Assembly (NCBI GenBank): GCA_937867025.1
Contig: CALMKH010000147.1
Span: 1-61,391, forward strand
DNA length: 61,391 nucleotides
Direction of reading: 5' to 3'
Source of the DNA: an uncultured Bacteroidota bacterium
GTDB taxonomy: Bacteria > Bacteroidota > Bacteroidia > NS11-12g > UBA955
The stretch's first letter is position 1; the number at the start of each line of letters is the position of its first letter. Positions 53,813 through 61,391 of this stretch are shown here, one piece after another. The translations under genes and the position numbers were made by a program. The notes under the pieces are model-generated. The model had not been told where the DNA came from and did no database searches. It saw nothing but the letters and a program-made list of their open reading frames with translations.

Positions 53813-54691
53813 TTAATAAAGTTGATCAATTTTTAATTTGAGATATCTCCTGGTCGAAAAATATACGCTGACCAATGATATAACAAGCGCCAAAACTAAT
53901 AAAAATCCTGTTAATATCGCATATTCAGGTAAAAATAATTGCCAGTTATTTTGATGAAGTTGCGTTTCCGCAAGATAAATAATGCCAGAAAGCATTAAAA
54001 CAGCGATAAGGACCGATAAAAGGGCATACACGCAATACATGCCAAGGAAAGGCCTGATAATGAACCAGTCTGACGCTCCTACATATTGCATGCTTTTAAT
54101 AATGAACCTGCGGGCAAACATATTGATCCTTACCGTGCTGTTTATAAGGGCCAGGGAAATGATCAGCAGCAGGAAAGCGACTGAAAGCAGCACCAGTTCT
54201 ACAGTTTTAAGGTTTTTATTGATCTGGGTAAGGAGATTTTTTCCAAGATCGTCCTTGGCAAACACCACATCGTTTACCGATGGAATACTCCTCAGCTTTT
54301 TCTCCACCGCCTGCATCTGTGCCTCTTCAGCATATGCTGACTTAATGTTCAGCTGCAGTGAATGGGGAAAAGGATTATACCCTAAGGTTTTAATAAAATC
54401 ATTGCCTGTTTTGGCTATTTCTTTCCTTGCGGCGATCTCCCTGTCAACAAATACCGAAGAGTTTACAAACGGCAGCATCCTGACAGACTGCTCTGTTTTG
54501 CGGGCCTCTTCAGAGCTTGTTTCATCGCTGAAAAACACAAATACTTCGAAATTATCCTGGTAAAAAGAAGCCAGGTGCCTGGCATATATGGATACAACAC
54601 CCAATAATCCTACAATGAACAGTACCAGCGACATGCTGATGATGGTAGGCCAAAAGGATGTTCGTTTTTTGTATGTCTTCTCGCTGTTCAA
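53813..54691 (-). CDS. ftsX: Cell-division permease FtsX-like protein
   Basis: An N-terminal TM helix, a periplasmic domain and three C-terminal TM helices (FtsX fold). 292 aa. No ftsE is adjacent. Confidence 0.82.
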   Translation of the reverse strand: MNSEKTYKKRTSFWPTIISMSLVLFIVGLLGVVSIYARHLASFYQDNFEVFVFFSDETSSEEARKTEQSVRMLPFVNSSVFVDREIAARKEIAKTGNDFIKTLGYNPFPHSLQLNIKSAYAEEAQMQAVEKKLRSIPSVNDVVFAKDDLGKNLLTQINKNLKTVELVLLSVAFLLLIISLALINSTVRINMFARRFIIKSMQYVGASDWFIIRPFLGMYCVYALLSVLIAVLMLSGIIYLAETQLHQNNWQLFLPEYAILTGFLLVLALVISLVSVYFSTRRYLKLKIDQLY

Positions 54692-54729
54692 TTTAATAGG
54701 CGCAATTTATGTATAAAAAACAATATAAA

Positions 54730-55527
54730 TCAAACAGCTACAGGAGCTTTGATCGCTGGATGAGGCTGGTAATTCTCCAGCGTGAAATCTTCGTACTTAA
54801 AATCGAAGATCGATTTTACTGCGGGATTGATCCGCATGGTGGGATACGCATTGGGGGTTCTTGACAACTGCAGCTCCACCTGTGAAAAATGATTGGTGTA
54901 GATATGCGCATCGCCGAACGTATGAACAAAATCGCCATATTCCAGGTCGCAAACCTGTGCCATCATCATGGTCAGAAGAGCGTAGGATGCAATATTGAAC
55001 GGCACTCCCAGGAAAATATCAGCGCTGCGCTGGTAGAGCTGGCATGAGAGTTTTCCATCCGTCACATAGAACTGGAACAGGCAGTGGCAGGGCGCCAGGG
55101 CCATCTTAGGCAAATCTGCCGGATTCCATGCTGAAACTATGATGCGCCTGCTGTCTGGATTGTTCTTTATAGTGTTGACTGCTTCTGTTACCTGGTCGAT
55201 AACCATCCTGTCGGGACCTTCCCACGAACGCCATTGTTTTCCATATACAGGCCCAAGATCGCCATTAGGATCGGCCCATTCATCCCAGATGCTGACCCCG
55301 TTCTCTTTGAGGTAGGAAATATTCGTATCGCCTTTCAGGAACCATAACAGTTCATGGATAATGGACTTCAGGTGCACCTTTTTTGTCGTGATCAGGGGGA
55401 ACCCTTCCTGCAGGTTGAACCGCATCTGGTAACCGAACACGCTTTTTGTGCCTGTTCCGGTGCGATCGCTTTTTAATGCGCCGTTCTCATACACATATTT
55501 CAGGAAAGTCTCATACTGGCTGAACAT
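54730..55527 (-). CDS. thyA: Thymidylate synthase
   Basis: Blocks [31 protein letters not shown] (catalytic Cys) and DAHIY, with a ThyA-like C-terminus (AIKAPVAV). 265 aa. Confidence 0.96.
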   Translation of the reverse strand: MFSQYETFLKYVYENGALKSDRTGTGTKSVFGYQMRFNLQEGFPLITTKKVHLKSIIHELLWFLKGDTNISYLKENGVSIWDEWADPNGDLGPVYGKQWRSWEGPDRMVIDQVTEAVNTIKNNPDSRRIIVSAWNPADLPKMALAPCHCLFQFYVTDGKLSCQLYQRSADIFLGVPFNIASYALLTMMMAQVCDLEYGDFVHTFGDAHIYTNHFSQVELQLSRTPNAYPTMRINPAVKSIFDFKYEDFTLENYQPHPAIKAPVAV

Positions 55528-55642
55528 GCTTCAAAATTACGCCATTTGCAAGGATTGTAATGAACATATTTTTAACGCTGCCCCCCGGTTATTGGTCGAA
55601 AGCGAATTACTGAATTGAAAGAAACCCGAGGTTTGATCCTGC

Positions 55643-56002
55643 TTACCAACCCTGGTCTTTGTACAGCTCCTTTGATGTCGGGCTGCCTATATTGACACGC
55701 TGACACTCCATTTCATGGTCCGTATTCCAGAATATCTTCCAGTAGGTTTTAAACCCGCCCTGCACGGTTACGATCTCCATGGTATCGGAGTTATTGACCC
55801 ATTTCCAGGTGCCGGTGCTTGAATACACTCCATTGGAACTAAACTGATGAATGATCGTGCTTCCTTGGTTGTACCAGGCTTTATTGTTGGTCAAGGTACT
55901 CTTGTTAAGGGTTTTCGCTGGTTCGGATTCCTTTTTTTTGCATGAATTGATTGCCGGAAGCGAGGCCAGGAGCATGATGGAGAAAATGACAGGAGATTTC
56001 AT
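55643..56002 (-). CDS. Small lipoprotein, paralog A (lipocalin-like size, unknown function)
   Basis: I prefer the start MKSPVIFSIMLLASLPAINSC (lipobox) at ATG 56002. The ORF-track TTG at 56014 would overlap paralog B. It is about 55% identical by eye to the adjacent 123-aa protein. Confidence 0.6.
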   Translation of the reverse strand: MKSPVIFSIMLLASLPAINSCKKKESEPAKTLNKSTLTNNKAWYNQGSTIIHQFSSNGVYSSTGTWKWVNNSDTMEIVTVQGGFKTYWKIFWNTDHEMECQRVNIGSPTSKELYKDQGW

Positions 56003-56007
56003 ATGTG

Positions 56008-56379
56008 TTACCAAGGTTTGTCCTTGAAAAGCTGGGTGACCTTGTTGTCTGTATTTTCAGCGCTCATTTCGGTGTCTGTGTTATAGAATATCTTCCATTT
56101 AACTGAAGGAAATCCCGATTTGGTAACAATATCCATAGTGTCGCTGTTGCCTACCCATTGCCACGTCCCTCCCATATCGCCGTACACTCCATTGGCCTTG
56201 AAATCATGAATAGTAGAGCTCCCCTGAGTATACCATTTTTTCGGGGTCAGGGTTGCCTTATTGAGGGTTTTTGCCGCAGGTGCAGGCTCTGGGTCCTGTT
56301 TCTTGTCACAAGCTGGCAGCACTGCAAATACTGCCGGTACAAGTACGAATAATACGGATTTTAAGATTGATCTATTCAT
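56008..56379 (-). CDS. Small lipoprotein, paralog B
   Basis: Lipobox AVLPAC. It shares KTLNK-TLT..WY.QGS..IH.F..NGVY...G.TW.WV.NSDTM.IVT....F...WKIF.NTD.EM with paralog A. Confidence 0.6.
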   Translation of the reverse strand: MNRSILKSVLFVLVPAVFAVLPACDKKQDPEPAPAAKTLNKATLTPKKWYTQGSSTIHDFKANGVYGDMGGTWQWVGNSDTMDIVTKSGFPSVKWKIFYNTDTEMSAENTDNKVTQLFKDKPW

Positions 56380-56475
56380 AAGTTTGATTTAATGTTTCTC
56401 GGTTATTAAAAACAAATTTAGCAAAAGCGGGGAAAAAACCAAGGGGAAAACATGAATTGCCTTAAAAGTTCGCTT

Positions 56476-56483
56476 TATGTTTG
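56476..56483 (+). promoter_or_regulatory. -7 promoter box (TATGTTTG)
   Basis: TAnnTTTG match 29 nt upstream of the ATG at 56513. Confidence 0.4.
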
Positions 56484-56512
56484 CACAATAAAACCCCCTG
56501 GCATTAAGTTTT

Positions 56513-57166
56513 ATGAAAATAAAGCACTTGAAAACGCTCATTTTCGTTTTTATCGCCGTCTTTGTTGTTTGCGTGTTGTTTTCTGTCACAAAGAAAAACA
56601 ATCCTGCCGGGCGCCATATGCCTTCGCGTGACAACACTCTCCTGCATGAACAGGACACATATATCAGCAAATCCCTCGCCTATGCCCGGAAAAAAGGATT
56701 TGATACAACGTTTTCAATCCTGATCAATTATGGCATGCATTCCGGTAAAAGGAGGGCATTCTTGGTAAATCCTGCCAAACGGAAGGTATTGGACAGTTTC
56801 CTTGTCAGTCATGGCTGCGGGTCAAACCCCTGGGGATCGGATCTGAGCAAAATCACGCCAGGCTTCAGCAATCTTGCGGAGAGCCATTGCTCGTCCCTGG
56901 GCAGGTATAAAATTGGCAAAAGGGCTTACAGCGATTGGGGGATCAACATTAAATATTACCTCTACGGGCTCGACACCTCCAACAGCAATGCCTATAAACG
57001 CACTATTGTCCTGCATGGCTGGGACCAGGTGGGTGATACGGAAACCTATCCTTCAGGAACACCTGAGGGTTGGGGATGTCCTGCCGTTTCCGAACATGCC
57101 ATGCACGTTATTGACAGTTTTCTCCAAACCAGGAAAGAACCCGTGCTGATGTGGGTGTATCATTAA
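56513..57166 (+). CDS. YkuD_2-type murein L,D-transpeptidase catalytic-domain family protein
   Basis: N-terminal TM anchor. The blocks VSHGCGS, FSNLAESHCSSLGRYKIG, RTIVLHGWDQV and the catalytic GWGCPAV fit the L,D-transpeptidase His/Cys arrangement. Confidence 0.75.
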   Translation: MKIKHLKTLIFVFIAVFVVCVLFSVTKKNNPAGRHMPSRDNTLLHEQDTYISKSLAYARKKGFDTTFSILINYGMHSGKRRAFLVNPAKRKVLDSFLVSHGCGSNPWGSDLSKITPGFSNLAESHCSSLGRYKIGKRAYSDWGINIKYYLYGLDTSNSNAYKRTIVLHGWDQVGDTETYPSGTPEGWGCPAVSEHAMHVIDSFLQTRKEPVLMWVYH

Positions 57167-57191
57167 ACAATGATGTTACATAGTGTATACC

Positions 57192-57929
57192 TTACCTCTT
57201 TTTCTTTTTTTGATATAAGGCTACTGCTTTTCCTATTTCGGTCTTTACTTTACTGACAATGAAACGTGGGGCTTTTTTATAATAGGTGATATCTGAATAT
57301 CGAATCTCTGTATAAAACTTAGGTAAAGTATTTTCCTGATCAGTATATATATGTTTACCTGTCAGCACACCATTGCAATCAAGCTGAAACGTCTGGATCG
57401 AAGTCTGCGGACCATACTCGCTGCCCTTGAAATGGTGGATATGGGTAAAACCCCCATCCGCATTATTGACAAATGTATCATGTTGAAACCACAGCAACGT
57501 ATCATTTCCGTCACCCAGGAACGTATAACAGTCCGGAAAGTGAAGATGCCGAATTTCATCCTGGTCAAGCCGCCATATGCTGCTGGTGTCGTAACTATAA
57601 GCCAGGCTGTCATGAATATAAATATGATTCCAGGGATAATAGTTATTGCCGTTTCTTCTGACCTTACCCTCAATAAAATACTGCAATTTCTTACCCTTCC
57701 TGATACCGTAAATAGTATCAATGGTATGGGTCGTATCTGTCTCTTTCCGGTCAAAAGAATTATACAGGATCTCTGTCTTATGGACTGTTAATTTAACAGC
57801 ATTAAAAGTCTTTGTTTTCTTAATGAAATCATTGTATGTTTCCGGAGGCGTTGTAGATTGACCCTTTACAAGACTGCAAAGGCTTATGAACACCGAAAGT
57901 AAAATATTTTTATCGAAATGTGGTTCCAT
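57192..57929 (-). CDS. Hypothetical secreted protein (245 aa)
   Basis: Signal-like N-terminus (ILLSVFISLCSLVKGQ). It is His/Tyr/Asp-rich with no recognisable motif. Confidence 0.5.
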   Translation of the reverse strand: MEPHFDKNILLSVFISLCSLVKGQSTTPPETYNDFIKKTKTFNAVKLTVHKTEILYNSFDRKETDTTHTIDTIYGIRKGKKLQYFIEGKVRRNGNNYYPWNHIYIHDSLAYSYDTSSIWRLDQDEIRHLHFPDCYTFLGDGNDTLLWFQHDTFVNNADGGFTHIHHFKGSEYGPQTSIQTFQLDCNGVLTGKHIYTDQENTLPKFYTEIRYSDITYYKKAPRFIVSKVKTEIGKAVALYQKKKKR

Positions 57930-58227
57930 TGATAGTTAAAGAATTTGCTTTAATACTGTAGCCCCGGCCTTCTGAAACAGTCCCTATTATAGAACCAGCC
58001 ACCAGTAAAGTTACTTTAAGCACCGCGATCAAAAAACTTCCCATAACAAGAACGAAGATAATAAACTAAGGCTTGATAAGAATGATTTTTCACAATAGAT
58101 ATTTTTTGTTGCAATAAAACACTAATAATCACTATTTTCAATAAGGAAAAAGCGTATTTTTGATCCAGTATTTCCGCTTATAATACAATAATCCCACGTA
58201 TAAAACCGCTAAATTTTTCTTAGCCTT

Positions 58228-58251
58228 GTAACTTTTAAAACCCTTGTCCGT
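58228..58251 (+). promoter_or_regulatory. Candidate ECF-type promoter GTAAC-N16-CGT
   Basis: gtaac (58228-32), a 16-nt spacer, then cgt (58249-51). It ends 16 nt upstream of the sigma gene ATG. This resembles the AAC...CGT architecture of autoregulated ECF promoters. Confidence 0.3.
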
Positions 58252-58267
58252 TTAACCACTAAACTGA

Positions 58268-58750
58268 ATGACTGAAAAGGAGTACAATAGCTCAGTTGAC
58301 ACTCATGCAAATGCCTTGTTCAGGTTTATTTTCAAAAGCCTGAATGTGAGGGAAGATGCGGAGAATATTGTGCAGGACACTTTTGAAAGTCTTTGGCTGA
58401 ACCGTGAAAAAGTGGAGCCCGGAAAGGCAAAAAGCTGGTTGTTCACAACGGCATACAGGAAAATGATAGACAGTATAAGACGAGAGAAAAAAATGGTGGA
58501 AATGCCGGAATTCATAAAAGAAAAGGGAAGCGAGGCCATTCAGCCGGATGTCAGGGAGATAGTGAATAAAGCAATGGAAAAACTGACTGAAATACAGAGA
58601 ACTGTGATCATGCTGAGGGATTATGAAGGGTATGATTACTCCGAGATAGGCAAAATTACAGGTTTGAATGAGTCACAGGTGAAGGTATATATATTCAGGG
58701 GAAGACAGACACTAAAAAATTATCTGGTAAAAATAGAGCATATCATATGA
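58268..58750 (+). CDS. ECF-type RNA polymerase sigma-70 factor
   Basis: Region 2 (AENIVQDTFESLWLNREKV..KSWLFTTAYRKMIDSIR) and region 4 HTH (VIMLRDYEGYDYSEIGKITGLNESQVKVYIFRGRQTL). Confidence 0.88.
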   Translation: MTEKEYNSSVDTHANALFRFIFKSLNVREDAENIVQDTFESLWLNREKVEPGKAKSWLFTTAYRKMIDSIRREKKMVEMPEFIKEKGSEAIQPDVREIVNKAMEKLTEIQRTVIMLRDYEGYDYSEIGKITGLNESQVKVYIFRGRQTLKNYLVKIEHII

Positions 58751-59556
58751 AACACATAAATGATGAAAATATTGACGAGATCATGTTCCAGTTACTGGAA
58801 GGTGAAATAACAGGCCAGGAACGCGAACATCTTCTCAGCGCCATACATGCTGATGAAAAATACAGGAAACTATGGACAGCCTGGCAACAGACTATACTGC
58901 CGGCGCCGGGCGAAAACGTATCCATGGACATCGCTGCCTTAAAGAAAAGGACAACACGCATCATTCCATTCAACTATAAATATGCCATCGCTGCCATGCT
59001 GGTTTTAGGGCTTGGACTGTCCATTTTCCTTATAAACCGTACACCACTTGAACCCCTTGTCACCGAGAGACCAAAACCAAAGAAAACCACGCAACCGGTG
59101 CTTCAGGTCCCTAAACCGGAGATTAAAACCCCGTATGAATCCAGGGAAGACAGTGCCAAAGTACCTTTGAAGGACAAGATCAGGAATATCGCCGTGAACC
59201 GCAGGCAGGATGTGCCCGAAAGCGCTGAGATCATCCATTATATTGTCGAAGAAAAGAAATCTGAAACCCCTCAGGAGGACGATAAGGAAACCTTTATAGT
59301 TCAGACGCCCGATCCTGTTAAAGTGCCTGTAAAACAAGCTGAACCGGCTGATGATGATCCGAACAAACACATTATTGTCACCATGAGCAGCAACAGCAAG
59401 CCTTCCGGCATCGTTATACCGCAAGTCAGGAAAGAATCATTACTGACCAGGCTTTTCGGCCAACCCAAAATCAAGCTTGAAAATGACAGTTCTACCAGGA
59501 CCAACAAAAAACTTATCATAGAAAATAAACAATACAGGATCATTGCAGGATTCTAA
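58747..59556 (+). CDS. Putative single-pass anti-sigma factor
   Basis: ATGA overlap with the sigma gene stop. It has a short cytoplasmic N-domain, one TM helix (YAIAAMLVLGLGLSIFLI) and a Pro/Lys/Glu-rich extracytoplasmic region. Confidence 0.55.
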   Translation: MKHINDENIDEIMFQLLEGEITGQEREHLLSAIHADEKYRKLWTAWQQTILPAPGENVSMDIAALKKRTTRIIPFNYKYAIAAMLVLGLGLSIFLINRTPLEPLVTERPKPKKTTQPVLQVPKPEIKTPYESREDSAKVPLKDKIRNIAVNRRQDVPESAEIIHYIVEEKKSETPQEDDKETFIVQTPDPVKVPVKQAEPADDDPNKHIIVTMSSNSKPSGIVIPQVRKESLLTRLFGQPKIKLENDSSTRTNKKLIIENKQYRIIAGF

Positions 59557-59581
59557 ACACCAAATCATTAAAAAAATCAAT

Positions 59582-60559
59582 ATGAGAATAATTCAAATTT
59601 TAATCACCATGTTCTCCCTGCTTTATGCAGGCCTCCGGGGGAACGCACAGACAACCGCAGCGAACGACACAGTCAAGGTCTCTTACAAAGGACGTACCTA
59701 CAAAATAGAAACTAATATCGAGCCGGGTGAGGACGAAAAAAGCAAAACCCTCAAGTTTGTCGATACGCTGAAAAAAAATACCGTGCTGGTAACGGTTACT
59801 TCAAGGGCAAATGACGGGCACTCGATCATTATAGACGACGATGATAATGCCGATGATACCGGCGAAGCTGCGAGACTGCAGAAAAAGATCGTCAAACTGA
59901 TGAAAAAGAGCCGGGAGGATAAGAGAAAACACTTTATCGAAACCAGCTTCCTGCCTACCTTTGACATTGGTTTCGCCAGTACTATGAACGATATTGAAAA
60001 TTCAAACGCCTTTAACCCAAGACTCGGAAAAAGCGTCAACCTCAATATCGGCCTTGTAAAACAGGACATGAACCTGTACAGGGAAAGGATACTTTTCAGC
60101 TACGGTTTAAGTCTTAACAATTATTACCTGAAATATTCCAACAAACAAATGGTGCAGTACATCGACAATCAGGGTCATCTGCGCGCCTTTAACGACTCAA
60201 TAAACAACTATGATAAAAACAGGCTGGACGTACGGTACCTTTCTGTTCCGGTATTACTGGAATATCATAGCGCCAACGATAATTTCAGTATCGCCGCCGG
60301 AGTGGAATTCGGATTCAACGGTCACAGCAAGGTCGTGCTGAAAGGCGACAGGCAATCCCTTGAATTCAAGCAGAAGAACAGCAATGACATAAAGATCAGT
60401 CCTGAACAGTTAAACGCACTGCTGAAGATCGGCATCCATAACGTGGAATTATTTGCAAGGTATTCCATCACCGATATGTACAGGCCATCGGCTTATGCAA
60501 CTGATCAGAATCCGCATCAGCACCTGTTCTCCTTTGGTGTCTGCTTGTTCGGAATTTAA
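59582..60559 (+). CDS. Outer-membrane beta-barrel (porin-family-like) protein with an acidic/basic N-terminal extension
   Basis: I prefer the start MRIIQILITMFSLLYAGLRGNAQ (signal peptide; ORF-track start 59543). The C-terminal ~200 aa show alternating strands and end in FSFGVCLFGI (terminal aromatic-rich strand). Confidence 0.6.
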   Translation: MRIIQILITMFSLLYAGLRGNAQTTAANDTVKVSYKGRTYKIETNIEPGEDEKSKTLKFVDTLKKNTVLVTVTSRANDGHSIIIDDDDNADDTGEAARLQKKIVKLMKKSREDKRKHFIETSFLPTFDIGFASTMNDIENSNAFNPRLGKSVNLNIGLVKQDMNLYRERILFSYGLSLNNYYLKYSNKQMVQYIDNQGHLRAFNDSINNYDKNRLDVRYLSVPVLLEYHSANDNFSIAAGVEFGFNGHSKVVLKGDRQSLEFKQKNSNDIKISPEQLNALLKIGIHNVELFARYSITDMYRPSAYATDQNPHQHLFSFGVCLFGI

Positions 60560-60584
60560 AAAGTGTTAATTAATAATGAAACAG

Positions 60585-60612
60585 GGCAGGCCGCAACGGC
60601 CTGCCTTTTTTT
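60585..60612 (+). terminator. Rho-independent terminator between convergent genes
   Basis: GGCAGGCCG-caa-CGGCCTGCC followed by T7. The T-run abuts the stop codon of the minus-strand gene 60611..61267. Confidence 0.8.
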
Positions 60613-61267
60613 ATCCCGGAAGCCGGGAAATGTTCTTCTCCATGATACGTATCTGGTCGACGATATCCTTGGTTTTAGGATTAAGGGCTTTCGCTTTCCT
60701 GAAATACTCTTTTCCAACCCTGTTTTGCTGCCTCTGAATCTCAATGGAGCACAACTGAAGGTAAACACTGGCCAGGCTCTCCTTGTCGGGAATTCCTGCC
60801 TTAATAGCTTCCAGCAGCGTCGATCTTCCCTCCTTAACCTTGCCCTGCCTCAGTTGGATAAATCCCAGCTGCATAAGGTTGGTGCCTGTCATATCCCCGG
60901 TAAGCGTTGATTTTGTCTGAAGGCTCTTGCGAATATTGCTCTCAGCGGTAGCAAGATCATTGTTAGCCATGGAAAGTGTGCTTTGCAGCATGTAATAGGC
61001 AGAACGGACAGGTTTTACCAGCAATTTGGGATACCTGATCTTTTTGATATAGATAAGGGCCTGATCCACATTTCCTTCTTCGACGGCATCCTTCACCAGG
61101 CGCATGGTGCCAAGCATGAAATACAGCAATAAAGAGAAAAACGCCAGGATATATAAGATCCATGCGAGTATAGGGTCGCCGTATACATGTGAAAGCACGC
61201 CGCCTATCACCAGTGCGACAACAACAGGCAACCTGTAAATAATATAAAAATTAAGGATTTTCTTCAT
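60611..61267 (-). CDS. Membrane-anchored TPR-like protein
   Basis: Two N-terminal TM helices (YRLPVVVALVIGGVLSHVY, ILAWILYILAFFSLLLYFML) are followed by TPR-like helical repeats (ALIYIKK..., ATAESNIRKSLQ, GKVKEGRSTLLEAIKAG, NRVGKEYFRKAKALNP). Confidence 0.6.
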   Translation of the reverse strand: MKKILNFYIIYRLPVVVALVIGGVLSHVYGDPILAWILYILAFFSLLLYFMLGTMRLVKDAVEEGNVDQALIYIKKIRYPKLLVKPVRSAYYMLQSTLSMANNDLATAESNIRKSLQTKSTLTGDMTGTNLMQLGFIQLRQGKVKEGRSTLLEAIKAGIPDKESLASVYLQLCSIEIQRQQNRVGKEYFRKAKALNPKTKDIVDQIRIMEKNISRLPG

Positions 61268-61325
61268 GGTTTTATAAAGTGCAAATTTCGTTTAAATTCC
61301 CGGATTTGCCCAGGCAATTGAGGTA

Positions 61326-61391
61326 TTATTTCATTATTATGGGAACGACCGTATAACCTGCCTTTCTAAGAAGGCTGATAACCCCGGTTTC
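61326..61391 (-). CDS. Possible 3' end of a gene entering from the right edge (unassignable)
   Basis: The minus-strand frame is open from the window edge to TAA at 61328-61326 (...ETGVISLLRKAGYTVVPIIMK*). Only 21 codons are visible, so no function can be inferred. Confidence 0.2.
   Translation of the reverse strand, partial: ETGVISLLRKAGYTVVPIIMK

Noticed and set aside
56389-56670. 93-aa minus-strand ORF between the lipoprotein pair and the L,D-transpeptidase-like gene
   Set aside because: It covers the promoter box and the 5' end of the + strand gene. Its translation looks low-complexity and non-protein-like.
1-61391. Search for tRNA, rRNA, CRISPR arrays, transposases, integrases, phage or classical defence genes
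   Set aside because: I saw no T-arm/acceptor-type tRNA signatures, no rRNA-like regions and no regularly spaced direct repeats. No ORF had DDE transposase, tyrosine or serine recombinase, restriction/helicase or Cas-like motifs. The window appears to lack mobile elements and known defence systems.

Overview
This is a 61.4-kb chromosomal segment that looks like Bacteroidota. The evidence is: the TAnnTTTG '-7' promoter box sits just upstream of many starts, three proteins carry C-terminal type IX secretion (T9SS) sorting domains, and DUF4292, DUF3098 and thrombospondin-repeat OmpA genes are present. I call about 57 CDS. Recognisable housekeeping genes are tilS, hflX, a glutathione peroxidase, dut, an EnvC-like M23 peptidase, 3-hydroxyacyl-CoA dehydrogenase, OmpA, psd, glutamate dehydrogenase, leuS, an MsbA-like ABC exporter, proS, a PurM-like AIR synthase, rtcB, uppP, ftsX and thyA. 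An OstA-like gene runs off the left edge and is missing from the ORF track. Accessory content is mostly envelope and secretion: three T9SS cargo proteins (a metzincin-like protease with PKD domains, a BNR/Asp-box propeller protein and a 1173-aa repeat adhesin), two ECF sigma/anti-sigma modules, a membrane-anchored AraC regulator in a visibly AT-rich four-gene block, tandem paralogous lipoproteins, and an extreme Tyr/Gly/Asn-rich lipoprotein followed by a FadL/PorV-like barrel. I found no rRNA, tRNA, CRISPR array, transposase or integrase. I cannot point to a convincing novel defence-type system. The loci most worth follow-up are the Tyr/Gly-rich lipoprotein plus barrel pair (44.8-47.3 kb), the repeat architecture of the large T9SS protein (39.6-43.1 kb), the AT-rich AraC/hydrolase/barrel block with a tandem direct repeat (35.3-39.5 kb), a perfect palindrome at the promoter of an atypical LuxR regulator (50.24 kb), and a GC-rich structured intergenic element (47.26-47.36 kb). 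All functional calls rest on motifs read by eye from the translations; no database search was run.
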